Shown: positions 15,754-25,180 of the stretch, one piece after another
Numbering within the stretch: the first letter of the stretch is position 1
Layout of the letters: each line of letters opens with the position of its first letter
IMG/VR virus record: IMGVR_UViG_3300032332_000337
Span: 1 to 25,180 of that record
From: a virus
Taxonomy: Duplodnaviria > Caudoviricetes
Reading direction: 5' to 3' (one strand)
DNA: 25,180 bases
Notes under the pieces: model-generated
Seen by the model: only the letters and a program-made list of their open reading frames with translations
Database searches by the model: none
Told to the model about the DNA's origin: nothing
Position numbers and translations under genes: made by a program

Positions 15754-16836
15754 TTACCTTGATTGATTGCTAAATGATACACAATTGGGGACGCCTGGCG
15801 TTGTGGATGGATTTGAGTATTGCGACCCAACTCCACCCGTTGTCCAAGGATATGCTTTGACATATGGAGACGACGCCGACGTCGCTCCGGCAATCTCCGA
15901 TCCGGTGCTAGACCAGTCGGCAGAATTAACTGTCGTCAGTATTGATGGACCCGAATACAAAGAACCAAAACCAGATCCCCATTGATAGATCTTTAATGCT
16001 GCTGGCGTTGAATTGTTACCAACCGCAATCTGACCTCCAGTCGGGGAAAATCTAACCGAATAAACCGTGCCGCCAACAGCCGATGATGGGTTGGAATATT
16101 TTGCACCAAATCCACCCGACGTCACCGGATAAGCAGCAATAAATGGCGATGCGGTGCTGCCAATCGCAACGTCATTTGTTGTCTGGTTAAACGATACGCT
16201 GCCAGGATTGTTGCCAAACGGAGGGATCGTGACCGGAGCTGCGTATCTGGTACCAAATCCAGTCGACGATGACCACGGATATAAAGCAATCGCGGTGCCG
16301 CCGCTTTGACTAAATGCCACTTGCGTATTGTCACCGTTAAGCGTTATGCCAGTTGCTGAACCGATTGCGTTAATAGCTGATCCGTTTGAATACTTGGACC
16401 CAAATCCGCTGGCCTGACTCCACGCCCATGCCTGTGGAAACGATACTGCGGTTGAGTTTGACGTTAGAATTGCGTCGACCGTCTTAGTCCAAGTAAACCC
16501 TGCTGGACCGCCACCAGCTGGGCTTAAAGCACTAGCAGGATTGGAATATTGCGTCCCAAAACCCAAACCAGACCATTGCCAGACGCTGAAATAAGGAGCG
16601 GCAGCAAATGATGCTGAAAAAACAGAGTTGTCACGGACAAATGAAACCTGGTTGATGTTGTTTGGAATGCTTGGCGTTGTAAATAGTGATCCAAAGCCCG
16701 CTGTTGAGTCCCATCCATAAACCGAGATGCGTTTCGCTGCCGTTGTGCCGCCAAATGCAATGTAGGTCGACGGCGTTATCGGTGGCAGACCACCAGATCC
16801 ACCACCGGGGAACATCATCCCCAGGAAACCGCTCAT
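15754..16836 (-). CDS. Seven-repeat beta-propeller protein, putative adhesin
   Basis: Seven ~45-aa repeats ending [YW]-x-W-x(2-4)-GFG-x-x-Y-S-N-P. Start re-called at MSGFLGMMF (ATG 16836, ATGA overlap). Confidence 0.78.
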   Translation of the reverse strand: MSGFLGMMFPGGGSGGLPPITPSTYIAFGGTTAAKRISVYGWDSTAGFGSLFTTPSIPNNINQVSFVRDNSVFSASFAAAPYFSVWQWSGLGFGTQYSNPASALSPAGGGPAGFTWTKTVDAILTSNSTAVSFPQAWAWSQASGFGSKYSNGSAINAIGSATGITLNGDNTQVAFSQSGGTAIALYPWSSSTGFGTRYAAPVTIPPFGNNPGSVSFNQTTNDVAIGSTASPFIAAYPVTSGGFGAKYSNPSSAVGGTVYSVRFSPTGGQIAVGNNSTPAALKIYQWGSGFGSLYSGPSILTTVNSADWSSTGSEIAGATSASSPYVKAYPWTTGGVGSQYSNPSTTPGVPNCVSFSNQSR

Positions 16837-17960
16837 GTCACGCCGGTCCCAGAAATGTACCAAGTATTGACAGCGACCTTCAGCATCGTGGCAATACCGT
16901 TGCTGGCCAATGATCGAGTGCCGGCGGAGCTCGAGTTGGCAAGCTGAAGCGTGACGCCAGACGCCGGAATGATGCTGAGCGCAGTGTTGTTACTGACAAC
17001 CGTGATCACTGTGCCAATGTCGAACCCAACCGTTGCATTGAGCGGAACCGTAACGCTGCCGGTGACGTAGTAATGCTTGGCGTTATCAGACAGAATCAGC
17101 GTGCCGCTCGTATTGGCCGACTGAGGCATTGTCCGATAGCCAAATGCGTAGCTATTGCCATCGCTGTCTTGAACCGTTGACGCACTTGCCAACGCCGTGA
17201 CGGTCTTGTTAGTCAGCGTTTGAGTGCCGGTCAGCGTAACAACGGTCGAATCAATCGCAATCGTGCCACTGCCGGTGATGGGTCCACCAGTCAGCCCTGT
17301 TCCCGTTGCTACGCTGGTGACAGTTCCAGCCACGCTGTAATTGGGAATGTTAAGCACGTTCGAAGCAAACGTCGCTGCGCCGGTTGACCCGACTGTAGTC
17401 AACGAGATCGGCGATTGAAAGTCCGTATTGGCAGTCGCCGCCGCAAGCGCACCACCGCTGCCCTTGAGCATTCCGCTGATGCTGGTCGTAAGCGTGATTG
17501 CTGGCGTCGTGGTAGCCGTCGCAACCGTACCAGCAAAACCGTTGGCGCTAACAACTGATGCGCTGGTGACCGTGCCAGTACCGGCACCGGCAGCGTAATT
17601 CGGAATGTTAAGCACGTTAGCGGCGAACGTCGCTGCTCCGCTTGTGCCAACTGTTGTCAGGCTGATCGGAGCTTGGAAATCTGTACCTGCTGTTGCATTA
17701 GACAAAGCGCCACCAGAATTGCCCTTGAGCAATGATGTTCCGCTTGGCGGTGTCAGATAGTCCGTTCCTGCCGTTGCCGCGCTGACGGTCGTGCCATCGC
17801 CCTTCAGAACGCCTGTGACAGTCGTGCTAAGCGTGATAGATGGTGACGTCGTTGCGTTTGCAACCGTGCCAGCAAGACCATTAGCAGAAGCAACGCTGAC
17901 GGTCGTGACCGTGCCGCTACCGCCGCCGCCACTACCACCAGCAATTGCCCTGAGTGCCAT
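16833..17960 (-). CDS. Fibre protein with internal duplication and a C-terminal adaptor-like beta domain
   Basis: Two copies each of SANGxAGTVAxATTxPxITL and TDFQxPISLTTVGxxGAATFAxNVLNIPNY. Confidence 0.75.
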   Translation of the reverse strand: MALRAIAGGSGGGGSGTVTTVSVASANGLAGTVANATTSPSITLSTTVTGVLKGDGTTVSAATAGTDYLTPPSGTSLLKGNSGGALSNATAGTDFQAPISLTTVGTSGAATFAANVLNIPNYAAGAGTGTVTSASVVSANGFAGTVATATTTPAITLTTSISGMLKGSGGALAAATANTDFQSPISLTTVGSTGAATFASNVLNIPNYSVAGTVTSVATGTGLTGGPITGSGTIAIDSTVVTLTGTQTLTNKTVTALASASTVQDSDGNSYAFGYRTMPQSANTSGTLILSDNAKHYYVTGSVTVPLNATVGFDIGTVITVVSNNTALSIIPASGVTLQLANSSSAGTRSLASNGIATMLKVAVNTWYISGTGVT

Positions 17961-18289
17961 TAGAGTCCTTCGCCTGGGGTAATTTCAAAAGCGCCAGCCG
18001 CGTCAGCTTGGAACCAAGCGTTTGCAGGAATGCCACCAAAGACCTCAACCGAGCTAGGCAAGAAGCCAAGCGTCTGCTTTTTAGGGTTTCCGGCTGTTGG
18101 AGCTGCTACTGTGATCGTTGGCGTTGGGTTGCCAGGAGATGGTGCATACCAGGCTAGGTACTGCGCCGAAGCGCTGGTGTTGCGCACTCGATAGCTCGTT
18201 GGATTGTCGTTGTTGTTGGTTGAAACCTGCACAGGAGACGTGCCAACAAGGTAGGTCGGGCCAAATGGCGTAAATGGTGAGTTGTACAT
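17960..18289 (-). CDS. Small beta-rich putative virion protein (109 aa)
   Basis: Coupled to both neighbouring fibre genes by 1-nt overlaps. Confidence 0.7.
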   Translation of the reverse strand: MYNSPFTPFGPTYLVGTSPVQVSTNNNDNPTSYRVRNTSASAQYLAWYAPSPGNPTPTITVAAPTAGNPKKQTLGFLPSSVEVFGGIPANAWFQADAAGAFEITPGEGL

Positions 18290-20949
18290 TATTTAGCCTC
18301 TAGTACTGCAATGCGAGCGTTGGCTGCGTCAAGAGCGGCAGACAACTGCTTGATTGCGTTGATCGTGTACCAAGTCAAATTGTCAGGGTTAACGCTCAAA
18401 ACGCCAGTTGATTCTTGTTTGACGCAATCGGGCAATATTACTTGAAGCTCTTGAGCGATTACACCAATCTGAACGCCGATTTTTTCAATTGCGTCAGTAG
18501 GTTTTAACTCAGGATCAACCTCTGACGGTAGGCGATATTCAAAATTTCTTATTTGAATGCCGTTTATTTTTTCTAATCCAACATTGTTGTCTACAATATT
18601 TTTCTTCAATCTTTGATCTGAAGTTGTCGACCAAGACGCAGAATTATCTGCTTGATACATCCCTCCGATAGCATATCCAGCTCTAAAAAATCCGGTTCCA
18701 TTTCCCTTCCCTGTTGCGGTAGTTCCAGAAGCATTAAGAACAATTTCATACATTGAAGTTGTTGAGCTTCCTGTTGAACCAGCGCCAATGTAAATACATG
18801 AGTCACCTCCCGTTTTTGCTTGCGCTGCAAAATCGCCAATTATTACATTCTCCCCCCCGCCAGTTCCAAGATTGTTTCCGGCACCGTACCCTAAACAAGT
18901 GTTGTAATAAGGCGCACTTGACGTCAATGTTGTAGAGCCGTAAATCGTTCCCAGCGCGGTTGGAGTCGCAGCCGACGCGCCACCAGCAGCAGCCCAACTC
19001 ATCACACCAGCGGTCGTGCTTGATAAAACATAACCGTTAGACGCAGGGACGGCTGTTGGCAACGTATATGACTGAGTGCCAGCAACAGCAGGAGCCGCAA
19101 TAGTAATTGTGCCGCTGGTTGCGCCTTTGTGAACAGTTGAGCTAAACGTGCCGGTGTTTGCAGTTGTTGCGCCAACCGTTCCATTGATGTTGATTGATGC
19201 CGTACCCGTCAAGTTTGTGACCGTGCCACTTGACGGCGTACCGAGCGCTCCACCGTTAACAACAAACGCACCAGCGGAGCCGGTGTTAACGCCTAAAGCC
19301 GTAACAACACCCGTTCCGGTTGTAACCGTTGCCGGAGCTGCGCCAGCTCCACCACCGACAACCAAAGCGTTTGCCGCAAGCAATGCACTAGAAGTTAATG
19401 CTGAAGTTCCAGAATAATATGGAATTCCACCGGAGGTTCCACTTGTTAGCCCTGTGCCGCCATTGGCAACCGGAAGCGCCGTGCCAGAGTATGTAAGCGA
19501 CAATGTGCCAGACGTCGTTACCGGGCTACTACCGACCGTCAAAAAAGCTGGCGCAGATAAGCCAACCGATGTAACCGTTCCAGAACCGCCGCCAGCCGGC
19601 GTTGCCCAGGTACCATCACCGCGCCAGAAAGTTGTGCTAGATGCTGACGTTCCGCTATTTAAGTTAGAAACAGGTAAGTTACCTGTCACGCCGGTAGATA
19701 ACGGCAATCCCGTTGCATTCGTTAGCGTGACGCTTGTTGGAGTTCCCAAAACAGGAGTTACCAGCGTTGGGCTGGTTGACAGAACCACATTGCCCGTTCC
19801 GGTACTTGTTATGACGCCCGTACCACCGTTAGCAACCGCAAGCGTGCCGGCTAGGGTAATCGTTCCAGAGCTAGTAATTGGACCACCGCTGGTTGTTAGA
19901 CCAGTAGATCCACCAGAAACGGCAACCGATGTAACAGTACCCGCGCCTGCCGGCGTTGCCCAAGTGCCATCACCGCGCCAGAACGTCGTAGACGATGCGC
20001 TGGTGCCTGAGTTTAGATTGGTGACTGGCAAATTGCCGGTGACGCCAGTTGTGAGCGGCAAACCCGTCGCATTGGTCAAAACGCCGCTGGCTGGAGTGCC
20101 AAGAGCCGGCGTCGTAAACGTCGGGCTGGTCAGCGTCAGACCGGCAACCGTTGCTGCCGTAGCTCCGAGCGCCACGCTGGTCGATCCAATCGTCACCGAT
20201 GAATTGGTCAGTCCAGCATTAGGAATGGTCGTAGAAGCCGTTACAGCGCTTGCGCCGTTGGCGTACATATAACCCGTCAAACCTGTCACGGTAAGCGTGC
20301 TGAACGCGCTAGAACCCGATGCAGCGACCTTCTGCCAGGCTGAGCCGTTGTAGACCGCCCAATCGCCAACCGCCCAAGTGCTAATGCCGTTTAGCGTTGT
20401 TGAACCGGCAGTCGAGACAACGTAGTAATAACCCAACGTTCCAACGCTCGAGGTTAGCGTCGGCGTGTTGGTTGAAGCATTCCACGTGCCTTGGTAGCTA
20501 TTGCTGGTGGTTGCAATCGTGCTGGCCGCGGTGATACGCCCTTGAGCGTCAACGGTGATCTGGGGAATGCCGATGGACGTGCCATAGGTTCCCGCCGTAA
20601 CCGCTGTGTTTGCCAGCGAAATCGTGCCGGTTGACGTAATCGGACCACCAGTCAGACCCGTCCCGGTTGCGACATTTGAGACGCCACCAGCAGTTGATGC
20701 AATGGTAACCGTGCCGCCCGGACCAGAATCGGTCAGTGTGATATTCGTGCCGGCTGTCAAAACGCGCTCATTTGGCAGCGTTGACGATGCGGACATTAAG
20801 ACATAGCTATCGGTCGACCCTGCGCCCGAGCTGATTGGCTGGCCACCATTGCCAACCAAAGTAATGAAATTGCCGTTGGCGTCATAAGTAGCACCAACTG
20901 GGACCACGTTTTGAGACGTGACCGTGTTTACCTGATTTGTCTGTGACAT
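18289..20949 (-). CDS. Long fibre with a C-terminal intramolecular chaperone (peptidase S74) domain
   Basis: Motifs [17 protein letters not shown] and terminal coiled coil [12 protein letters not shown]; repeated [11 protein letters not shown] and VANGGTG motifs. Confidence 0.88.
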   Translation of the reverse strand: MSQTNQVNTVTSQNVVPVGATYDANGNFITLVGNGGQPISSGAGSTDSYVLMSASSTLPNERVLTAGTNITLTDSGPGGTVTIASTAGGVSNVATGTGLTGGPITSTGTISLANTAVTAGTYGTSIGIPQITVDAQGRITAASTIATTSNSYQGTWNASTNTPTLTSSVGTLGYYYVVSTAGSTTLNGISTWAVGDWAVYNGSAWQKVAASGSSAFSTLTVTGLTGYMYANGASAVTASTTIPNAGLTNSSVTIGSTSVALGATAATVAGLTLTSPTFTTPALGTPASGVLTNATGLPLTTGVTGNLPVTNLNSGTSASSTTFWRGDGTWATPAGAGTVTSVAVSGGSTGLTTSGGPITSSGTITLAGTLAVANGGTGVITSTGTGNVVLSTSPTLVTPVLGTPTSVTLTNATGLPLSTGVTGNLPVSNLNSGTSASSTTFWRGDGTWATPAGGGSGTVTSVGLSAPAFLTVGSSPVTTSGTLSLTYSGTALPVANGGTGLTSGTSGGIPYYSGTSALTSSALLAANALVVGGGAGAAPATVTTGTGVVTALGVNTGSAGAFVVNGGALGTPSSGTVTNLTGTASININGTVGATTANTGTFSSTVHKGATSGTITIAAPAVAGTQSYTLPTAVPASNGYVLSSTTAGVMSWAAAGGASAATPTALGTIYGSTTLTSSAPYYNTCLGYGAGNNLGTGGGENVIIGDFAAQAKTGGDSCIYIGAGSTGSSTTSMYEIVLNASGTTATGKGNGTGFFRAGYAIGGMYQADNSASWSTTSDQRLKKNIVDNNVGLEKINGIQIRNFEYRLPSEVDPELKPTDAIEKIGVQIGVIAQELQVILPDCVKQESTGVLSVNPDNLTWYTINAIKQLSAALDAANARIAVLEAK

Positions 20950-20969
20950 TTTTTATTCCAAAATTAAAG

Positions 20970-20999
20970 AAAAAAGCCGACCCTTTGGAGATCGGCTTT
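20970..20999 (-). terminator. Rho-independent terminator after the coat/decoration genes
   Basis: Minus strand AAAGCCGATCTCCAAAGGGTCGGCTTTTTT: GC stem followed by a U-tract. Confidence 0.85.
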
Positions 21000-21017
21000 C
21001 CTTCTCATTTGCCCAGA

Positions 21018-21449
21018 TTAGGGCTGGAACGTGAGGTCGTAACCGTAGACAAACACGTCAACGGTGGCAGGGTAAGACGCTGCCGTGCCGACGTTAAAGT
21101 ATACGTTCTGACCCGTCTGAGCTGCCGTGCTGTTGATCGTTCGCTGCGACACGACCGTAGAGCTGGTCAAGGCATTCAAAGTCGCATTGGAAACGATTGC
21201 GGTGCCGCTTGCGCCAGGTGCTGGAAACACGCCAGCAAAAGGGACAGTTGCGGTACTCAGGTTTGCCGAAGCGTTGGTCACGATGACGTTAGAAACGCTG
21301 TAGCTGCCCGTGTTGAGGATCGGCAGAACGGTGTCACCCGTTACTGCCAAGCTGACTGACTGAGCCGATGCCAACAAACGCAGAGCTTGGTTTGTTCCAA
21401 GGTTCTGTGGATGATTGGCAACGGTAGTTGCGGGTCCCGGATTCGCCAT
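21018..21449 (-). CDS. Probable capsid decoration/cement protein (143 aa)
   Basis: Beta-rich, AAGGA RBS, lies between the coat gene and the terminator and so is likely highly expressed; function inferred. Confidence 0.6.
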   Translation of the reverse strand: MANPGPATTVANHPQNLGTNQALRLLASAQSVSLAVTGDTVLPILNTGSYSVSNVIVTNASANLSTATVPFAGVFPAPGASGTAIVSNATLNALTSSTVVSQRTINSTAAQTGQNVYFNVGTAASYPATVDVFVYGYDLTFQP

Positions 21450-21475
21450 GATTTATTTCCTTAAATCTTTGTTAA

Positions 21476-22723
21476 TTAAGCTGCGACTCGGCAAGCCAGC
21501 TCTGGGTAGAGCATTGCCCAACCATAAAGCACGTCAAGACGACATGGGACAGAATCGTTATTAATTGTATATTGACGGACCACACGAATGGACAATCCGA
21601 GTTCTTTATCCGATGCACGTCCAGCGAATACGACCCCCTGCGGCAGCTCGAGATCGGCGCAAGCCAATGTCTCGCAATTGCGGTGGAGAATAATATTCTG
21701 TGGAGAAACCGTGCCAGTGTTATTAAACGGCGTAACAACAGCCGAGCTGCTGGTAGCCGAAACAAACACGTTCTGGAATTGGCCAGCGGTGATGATTGCA
21801 GGAGAAACCGTAACCGATGCCGAGCCACCCGAGCTGATGGTCACAGCCGAAGTCACAACAAAGTTGCGAAGACGGTTTGTGCCGTAAGGCTGGCGGTTCT
21901 GTGGGTTAACAGCGTAGACGTTAGCGATGGTGATCACGTCGCCTTGCTGGATCGGTGCTGCTGCCGAAGTTGCCGAGATGGTAATCGTCGATGACGATGC
22001 CCAACCAGACGTCAGCGAGCCGGTGAAGGTTGCTGTGTTGGTTGCGAGCGTTGCAGTGGCGTAGGAACCGAACGTCTGCGAGACAACGTTCTGATCCATC
22101 TTCCAGCGCATACCAGCGCTGTCCGTACCCATCATGCCCTTTTCGTACTGATCGCTGATCTTCTGGCTAGGCATAAACAGCCCTTTCAAAGAATCGACGA
22201 TGGTTGCAGACGTGAATGGCTCGACGATACAAGCACGGCGACCATCGCGTGGTGCGCCTTCTGAGTCCAAATAAGCCTGGCCGGTCAGGTAGGTCAGCAG
22301 CGAGGTAGGTGGAACGCCTGCCGTCCCAACAATATTTGCAATATTGTTTTTAGCCAAAACCAGACCGTCTCTATCGATCCGATTTCCAATTGTGGCCACG
22401 GCCGGTTTGATAACCCTGTCCGAAAACATATCCAGCGAGAGAGCCAAATCAGCGGTGCTGAACTGAGTATCAACGTGGAATTGGGTATTCAGCGTGACGG
22501 GAATGCTCGTCTCGTTGAAGTCCTCGACAGAGAGTGCGGGTCCCGTGGTTCCGATAAACCGTGCTGGTTTACGGACGTTAACGGTTGCGCCAATCTTTGC
22601 ACCAGAAACTGCGAATTGATCGTCGTATTCGCGGTTGACTTCGCTGGTAAATGTGAGTTCGTTTTCCAAGACCATCAACGCTTCGTTGGTGATCTTGCTG
22701 ATCGTTAAAAGGGTATTGGCCAT
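21476..22723 (-). CDS. Major capsid protein, P22 coat (gp5) family
   Basis: Motifs MANTLLTISKITNEALMVLENEL, KIGATVNVRKP and CRLDVLYGWAMLYPELACRV; follows the scaffold. Confidence 0.93.
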   Translation of the reverse strand: MANTLLTISKITNEALMVLENELTFTSEVNREYDDQFAVSGAKIGATVNVRKPARFIGTTGPALSVEDFNETSIPVTLNTQFHVDTQFSTADLALSLDMFSDRVIKPAVATIGNRIDRDGLVLAKNNIANIVGTAGVPPTSLLTYLTGQAYLDSEGAPRDGRRACIVEPFTSATIVDSLKGLFMPSQKISDQYEKGMMGTDSAGMRWKMDQNVVSQTFGSYATATLATNTATFTGSLTSGWASSSTITISATSAAAPIQQGDVITIANVYAVNPQNRQPYGTNRLRNFVVTSAVTISSGGSASVTVSPAIITAGQFQNVFVSATSSSAVVTPFNNTGTVSPQNIILHRNCETLACADLELPQGVVFAGRASDKELGLSIRVVRQYTINNDSVPCRLDVLYGWAMLYPELACRVAA

Positions 22724-22734
22724 TTTATTTCCTT

Positions 22735-22749
22735 TGCGTCAATGACGCA
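22735..22749. promoter_or_regulatory. Inverted repeat TGCGTCA-A-TGACGCA abutting the coat-gene RBS
   Basis: Perfect 7-bp arms in the 35-bp scaffold-coat spacer. Confidence 0.45.
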
Positions 22750-22758
22750 TAAATCTGT

Positions 22759-23658
22759 TTACCTAATCTTGCCGGCTTGTCTAGCCGCTTTCCATGCTGC
22801 GTATGTCCCATGAAATTCGCCTTTTGAATTCACGAGATTGTCAGCGGTTGCGTTGCTTGACTTAATGGGGTTGATCGGGGCTGGTGCCTTGCTTTTTACC
22901 ACAGATCTCTCAGGCTTGCTAGTTTCAGATTTCTCAAACTTTGCTTCTAACTTGCCAATGGCCCTCAACGCTTGCGCTGCCGACATATCATTAAAGGTTC
23001 TGGCCTGATCTTGATTTGATGCAAGGTGATACAGGATTTGCGGCCCTACGTCTGACTCTAATATCGCGTCCCGAATGTGATTCGGCACAACAACATCGCT
23101 CGACGACACCATCTCATCAAAATCGTCAATCTCAACCTTTGCCGCTTCGAGCCGTTTGGTCCAAGTCTGTACGACTTTCGCTTGTTGCTCTTGCGCTTTC
23201 CTTTCTAGATCCTGCCGATCTCGCTCTTTGAGTGCCCTTTCAGCGCTAAATTCAGCCAATGCTTCTGCATATTCAAAAGCATCCGTGAATTGATCCGGCG
23301 TCGGTTTGGCATCAGCAACAAAAGCCTGTCTCGGCGCTTGTCCTTGCTCCAAAGCCGCCAGCCGTGCTTCCAGCGCTTCCCTGGCGTCACGCTCACGCTG
23401 AGCATCAGCTCGAGCCTGTTCGCGTTGCCTAGTTAGCTCTGAAAACCGCGCTTTTAGCTTGCTAGGTTTACCTTCGTTCTCTATGGCTGGTGCTTCATCT
23501 TCTGCTTCTGGCTCATTCTCAACCTCGGATTCGATTGGCTCTGCGTCATCGGCAGCCTCAGTCGTTTCTTCGGGAGCTAAGTTCAGTTTCTGTGCAAAAA
23601 ATTCGGCTTGATTCTCTGACGTGATGACTTGCGTCGTCTCTCGTTGTTCGCTTGACAT
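22759..23658 (-). CDS. Capsid scaffolding protein
   Basis: Acidic N-terminus, coiled coil, GPQILYHLA, SKAPAPINPI and a basic C-terminal helix; lies between portal and coat. Confidence 0.85.
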   Translation of the reverse strand: MSSEQRETTQVITSENQAEFFAQKLNLAPEETTEAADDAEPIESEVENEPEAEDEAPAIENEGKPSKLKARFSELTRQREQARADAQRERDAREALEARLAALEQGQAPRQAFVADAKPTPDQFTDAFEYAEALAEFSAERALKERDRQDLERKAQEQQAKVVQTWTKRLEAAKVEIDDFDEMVSSSDVVVPNHIRDAILESDVGPQILYHLASNQDQARTFNDMSAAQALRAIGKLEAKFEKSETSKPERSVVKSKAPAPINPIKSSNATADNLVNSKGEFHGTYAAWKAARQAGKIR

Positions 23659-23705
23659 GGTTACCCACGGATTTACCCGGTGAAACGCGCCGGTACGATT
23701 GCGTT

Positions 23706-23734
23706 TATATAACCCGTTTTTAGATTGGTGTCAA
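23706..23734 (-). promoter_or_regulatory. Putative sigma70-type promoter for scaffold/coat (TTGACA-17 bp-TATATA)
   Basis: Perfect -35 at 23734-23729 and an imperfect -10, in the portal-scaffold spacer. Confidence 0.5.
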
Positions 23735-23737
23735 AGA

Positions 23738-25180
23738 CTAAGTTGTGAATGGTGATTGGCCTTGGTCAATGTCCGATACAGCAAACTCTGCCGCCATCAT
23801 TTGCTCGGCATTACGACGCTCAATTTCACGTGCCAATGCGTCGATAGGCATATTGTGGATTAGCAGGTTAACCAAAGCATCAATCTCGGTCTTGTTCTGG
23901 CTTGTGATTGACCGAGTGTTCTGGTCATTGACCTTGACCTCAGCCATTGTCTCAGTGTTATGAGCCTTTGCCGTGACTTCCATGAGCTTGCGCTTGTTAG
24001 CACCTTCTTCTTTGATCTGCGCTACTTGGCCGCGATTGTTGATCTCAAGCTGCATTGCTTGCATTTGCTGCTGCATCATCTGCATTTGCTGCTTGGCTTG
24101 TGCGAGCTGCATCTGGACCTGTGGCGGTATGTCCGACTTCTCATCAATCTGCGCCAGCGGATTCACCGCTGCCAGCCGGTCAGCAATGATCTCGGCACCA
24201 GGGAAATCCATCTGCCGGAACACCAGATCGCCGGCAGCTTGGAATAGCTCTGGGCTTGAGCCAATGAGCGGCATCATTGCATCGACCGCTTGAATGCGCC
24301 GTGATGCGTAGCCAGGACCCGTGTCCATGCTCACGTCGTACTCGCCAACTGTCACGTCATTCAAGACTCTCCCAACTTGGGAGGCTTCATTGATGGTAAT
24401 CAAGTCTGGCTTGCCATCAACGCCAATGATCCGCATCACGCGCTCGGAGTCATAGATCTTGGGAATCATATCGAGAATGATTCGACCAGTCTGGGCAATA
24501 GATTTAGTCAAATTATCGTAATAGTGATAATTCGTCATATCCGTTTGCTGCTGCTGACCATTCAGCGCTTTGCCGCTAATGTTGCCAGTCGGCAATTGCG
24601 CCGGATCAAAGATGCCCACAACCTGCTGTAGATCGTTGCTGACAGCCTCGGCAGCGCCCATGATGCCCAGCGGTGGTGGCTCTGGTTGCAAGCGCGTCGG
24701 AACCGGAGCCGTGCGTCCTTCAATGTCGGTCTGCTTGTAGCGCAGAACCGGCGTGGCTTTGATGTTCGCCGCCGCCCACTCAGTCTCGTGGCCCTCGTCC
24801 TGACCCTCGGCCAGCAGCCATTTGGCTTTGGGAGCCAACGCAATCGCCTCGGTCATTGAGGTTTGCCAGAAGTTATACATCTTCTGTGGATCTTTGGCGT
24901 AACGCACCAGACCATATTTGATTGACTTGCTATCAATCACGATCCGACCGCCATAGACCGGCACAACAGGGATAAATTTACCTGGCCAATCGCGCTCCTC
25001 AAGGATTTCCATTGCGGTGAGCTTGCACCACTTCACCACTTTCTTGTAACTATCGCGCTCGCCAACAATCTCAAGCCCATGAGTGGCCATGAACTCTTTG
25101 CTGGGGAGCTGGTCTTTAAACAACCGTGATTTGTCGTTCAACAGGTAGAGCTTTGCCGGCGTGCGCTCAATGTAAAAGTA
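23738..25180 (-). CDS. Portal protein, P22 gp1-like (5' end beyond the window)
   Basis: Motifs GLVRYAKDPQKMYNFW, ALAPKA, SGKAL and YDVSMDTGPGYASRR, with a Gln-rich barrel coiled coil; the frame is open to the window edge. Confidence 0.92.
   Translation of the reverse strand, partial: YFYIERTPAKLYLLNDKSRLFKDQLPSKEFMATHGLEIVGERDSYKKVVKWCKLTAMEILEERDWPGKFIPVVPVYGGRIVIDSKSIKYGLVRYAKDPQKMYNFWQTSMTEAIALAPKAKWLLAEGQDEGHETEWAAANIKATPVLRYKQTDIEGRTAPVPTRLQPEPPPLGIMGAAEAVSNDLQQVVGIFDPAQLPTGNISGKALNGQQQQTDMTNYHYYDNLTKSIAQTGRIILDMIPKIYDSERVMRIIGVDGKPDLITINEASQVGRVLNDVTVGEYDVSMDTGPGYASRRIQAVDAMMPLIGSSPELFQAAGDLVFRQMDFPGAEIIADRLAAVNPLAQIDEKSDIPPQVQMQLAQAKQQMQMMQQQMQAMQLEINNRGQVAQIKEEGANKRKLMEVTAKAHNTETMAEVKVNDQNTRSITSQNKTEIDALVNLLIHNMPIDALAREIERRNAEQMMAAEFAVSDIDQGQSPFTT

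Noticed and set aside
19454-20272. 272-aa Pro/Val-rich plus-strand ORF
   Set aside because: Antisense mirror of the Gly/Thr-rich fibre codons.
14314-20949. Diversity-generating retroelement or invertible tail-fibre cassette
   Set aside because: No reverse transcriptase or invertase in the window. The repeats seen are diverged intragenic duplications, not adenine-specific TR/VR pairs or inverted crossover sites (checked by eye only).
1-25180. tRNA/rRNA genes or alternative genetic code
   Set aside because: Intergenic gaps are short and show no cloverleaf; genes are intact under the standard code with TAA, TGA and TAG all used as stops.

Overview
The window is most of the genome of a P22-like (podovirus-type) tailed phage, probably infecting a proteobacterium; the host is inferred, not shown. 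The minus strand from 25180 to 3870 is one late/structural run: portal (truncated by the window edge), scaffold, P22-type coat, a probable decoration protein, about 6.6 kb of fibre/adhesin genes (including an S74-chaperone fibre and a 7-repeat beta-propeller), gp4-, gp10- and gp26-like tail-machine proteins, a cupin, three ejection proteins (the largest with an N-terminal lytic transglycosylase domain), a lysis cassette (small TM protein, 3TM holin, GH108 endolysin) and a metallophosphoesterase. The plus strand from 821 to 3873 is an early operon: small ORFs, YqaJ exonuclease, ERF annealase and an HTH protein. A divergent leftward unit carries a RusA-family resolvase and a 55-aa ORF. The most striking non-coding signal is at the left edge: four perfect, co-oriented DnaA boxes (TTATCCACA, each within GTTATCCACAGG) in 57 bp beside an AT-rich tract. 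No phage initiator, helicase, primase or polymerase is visible in the window, so this may be a host-DnaA-dependent, oriC-mimic origin or a DnaA-titrating element. All product calls come from motif recognition and gene order, not from database searches.
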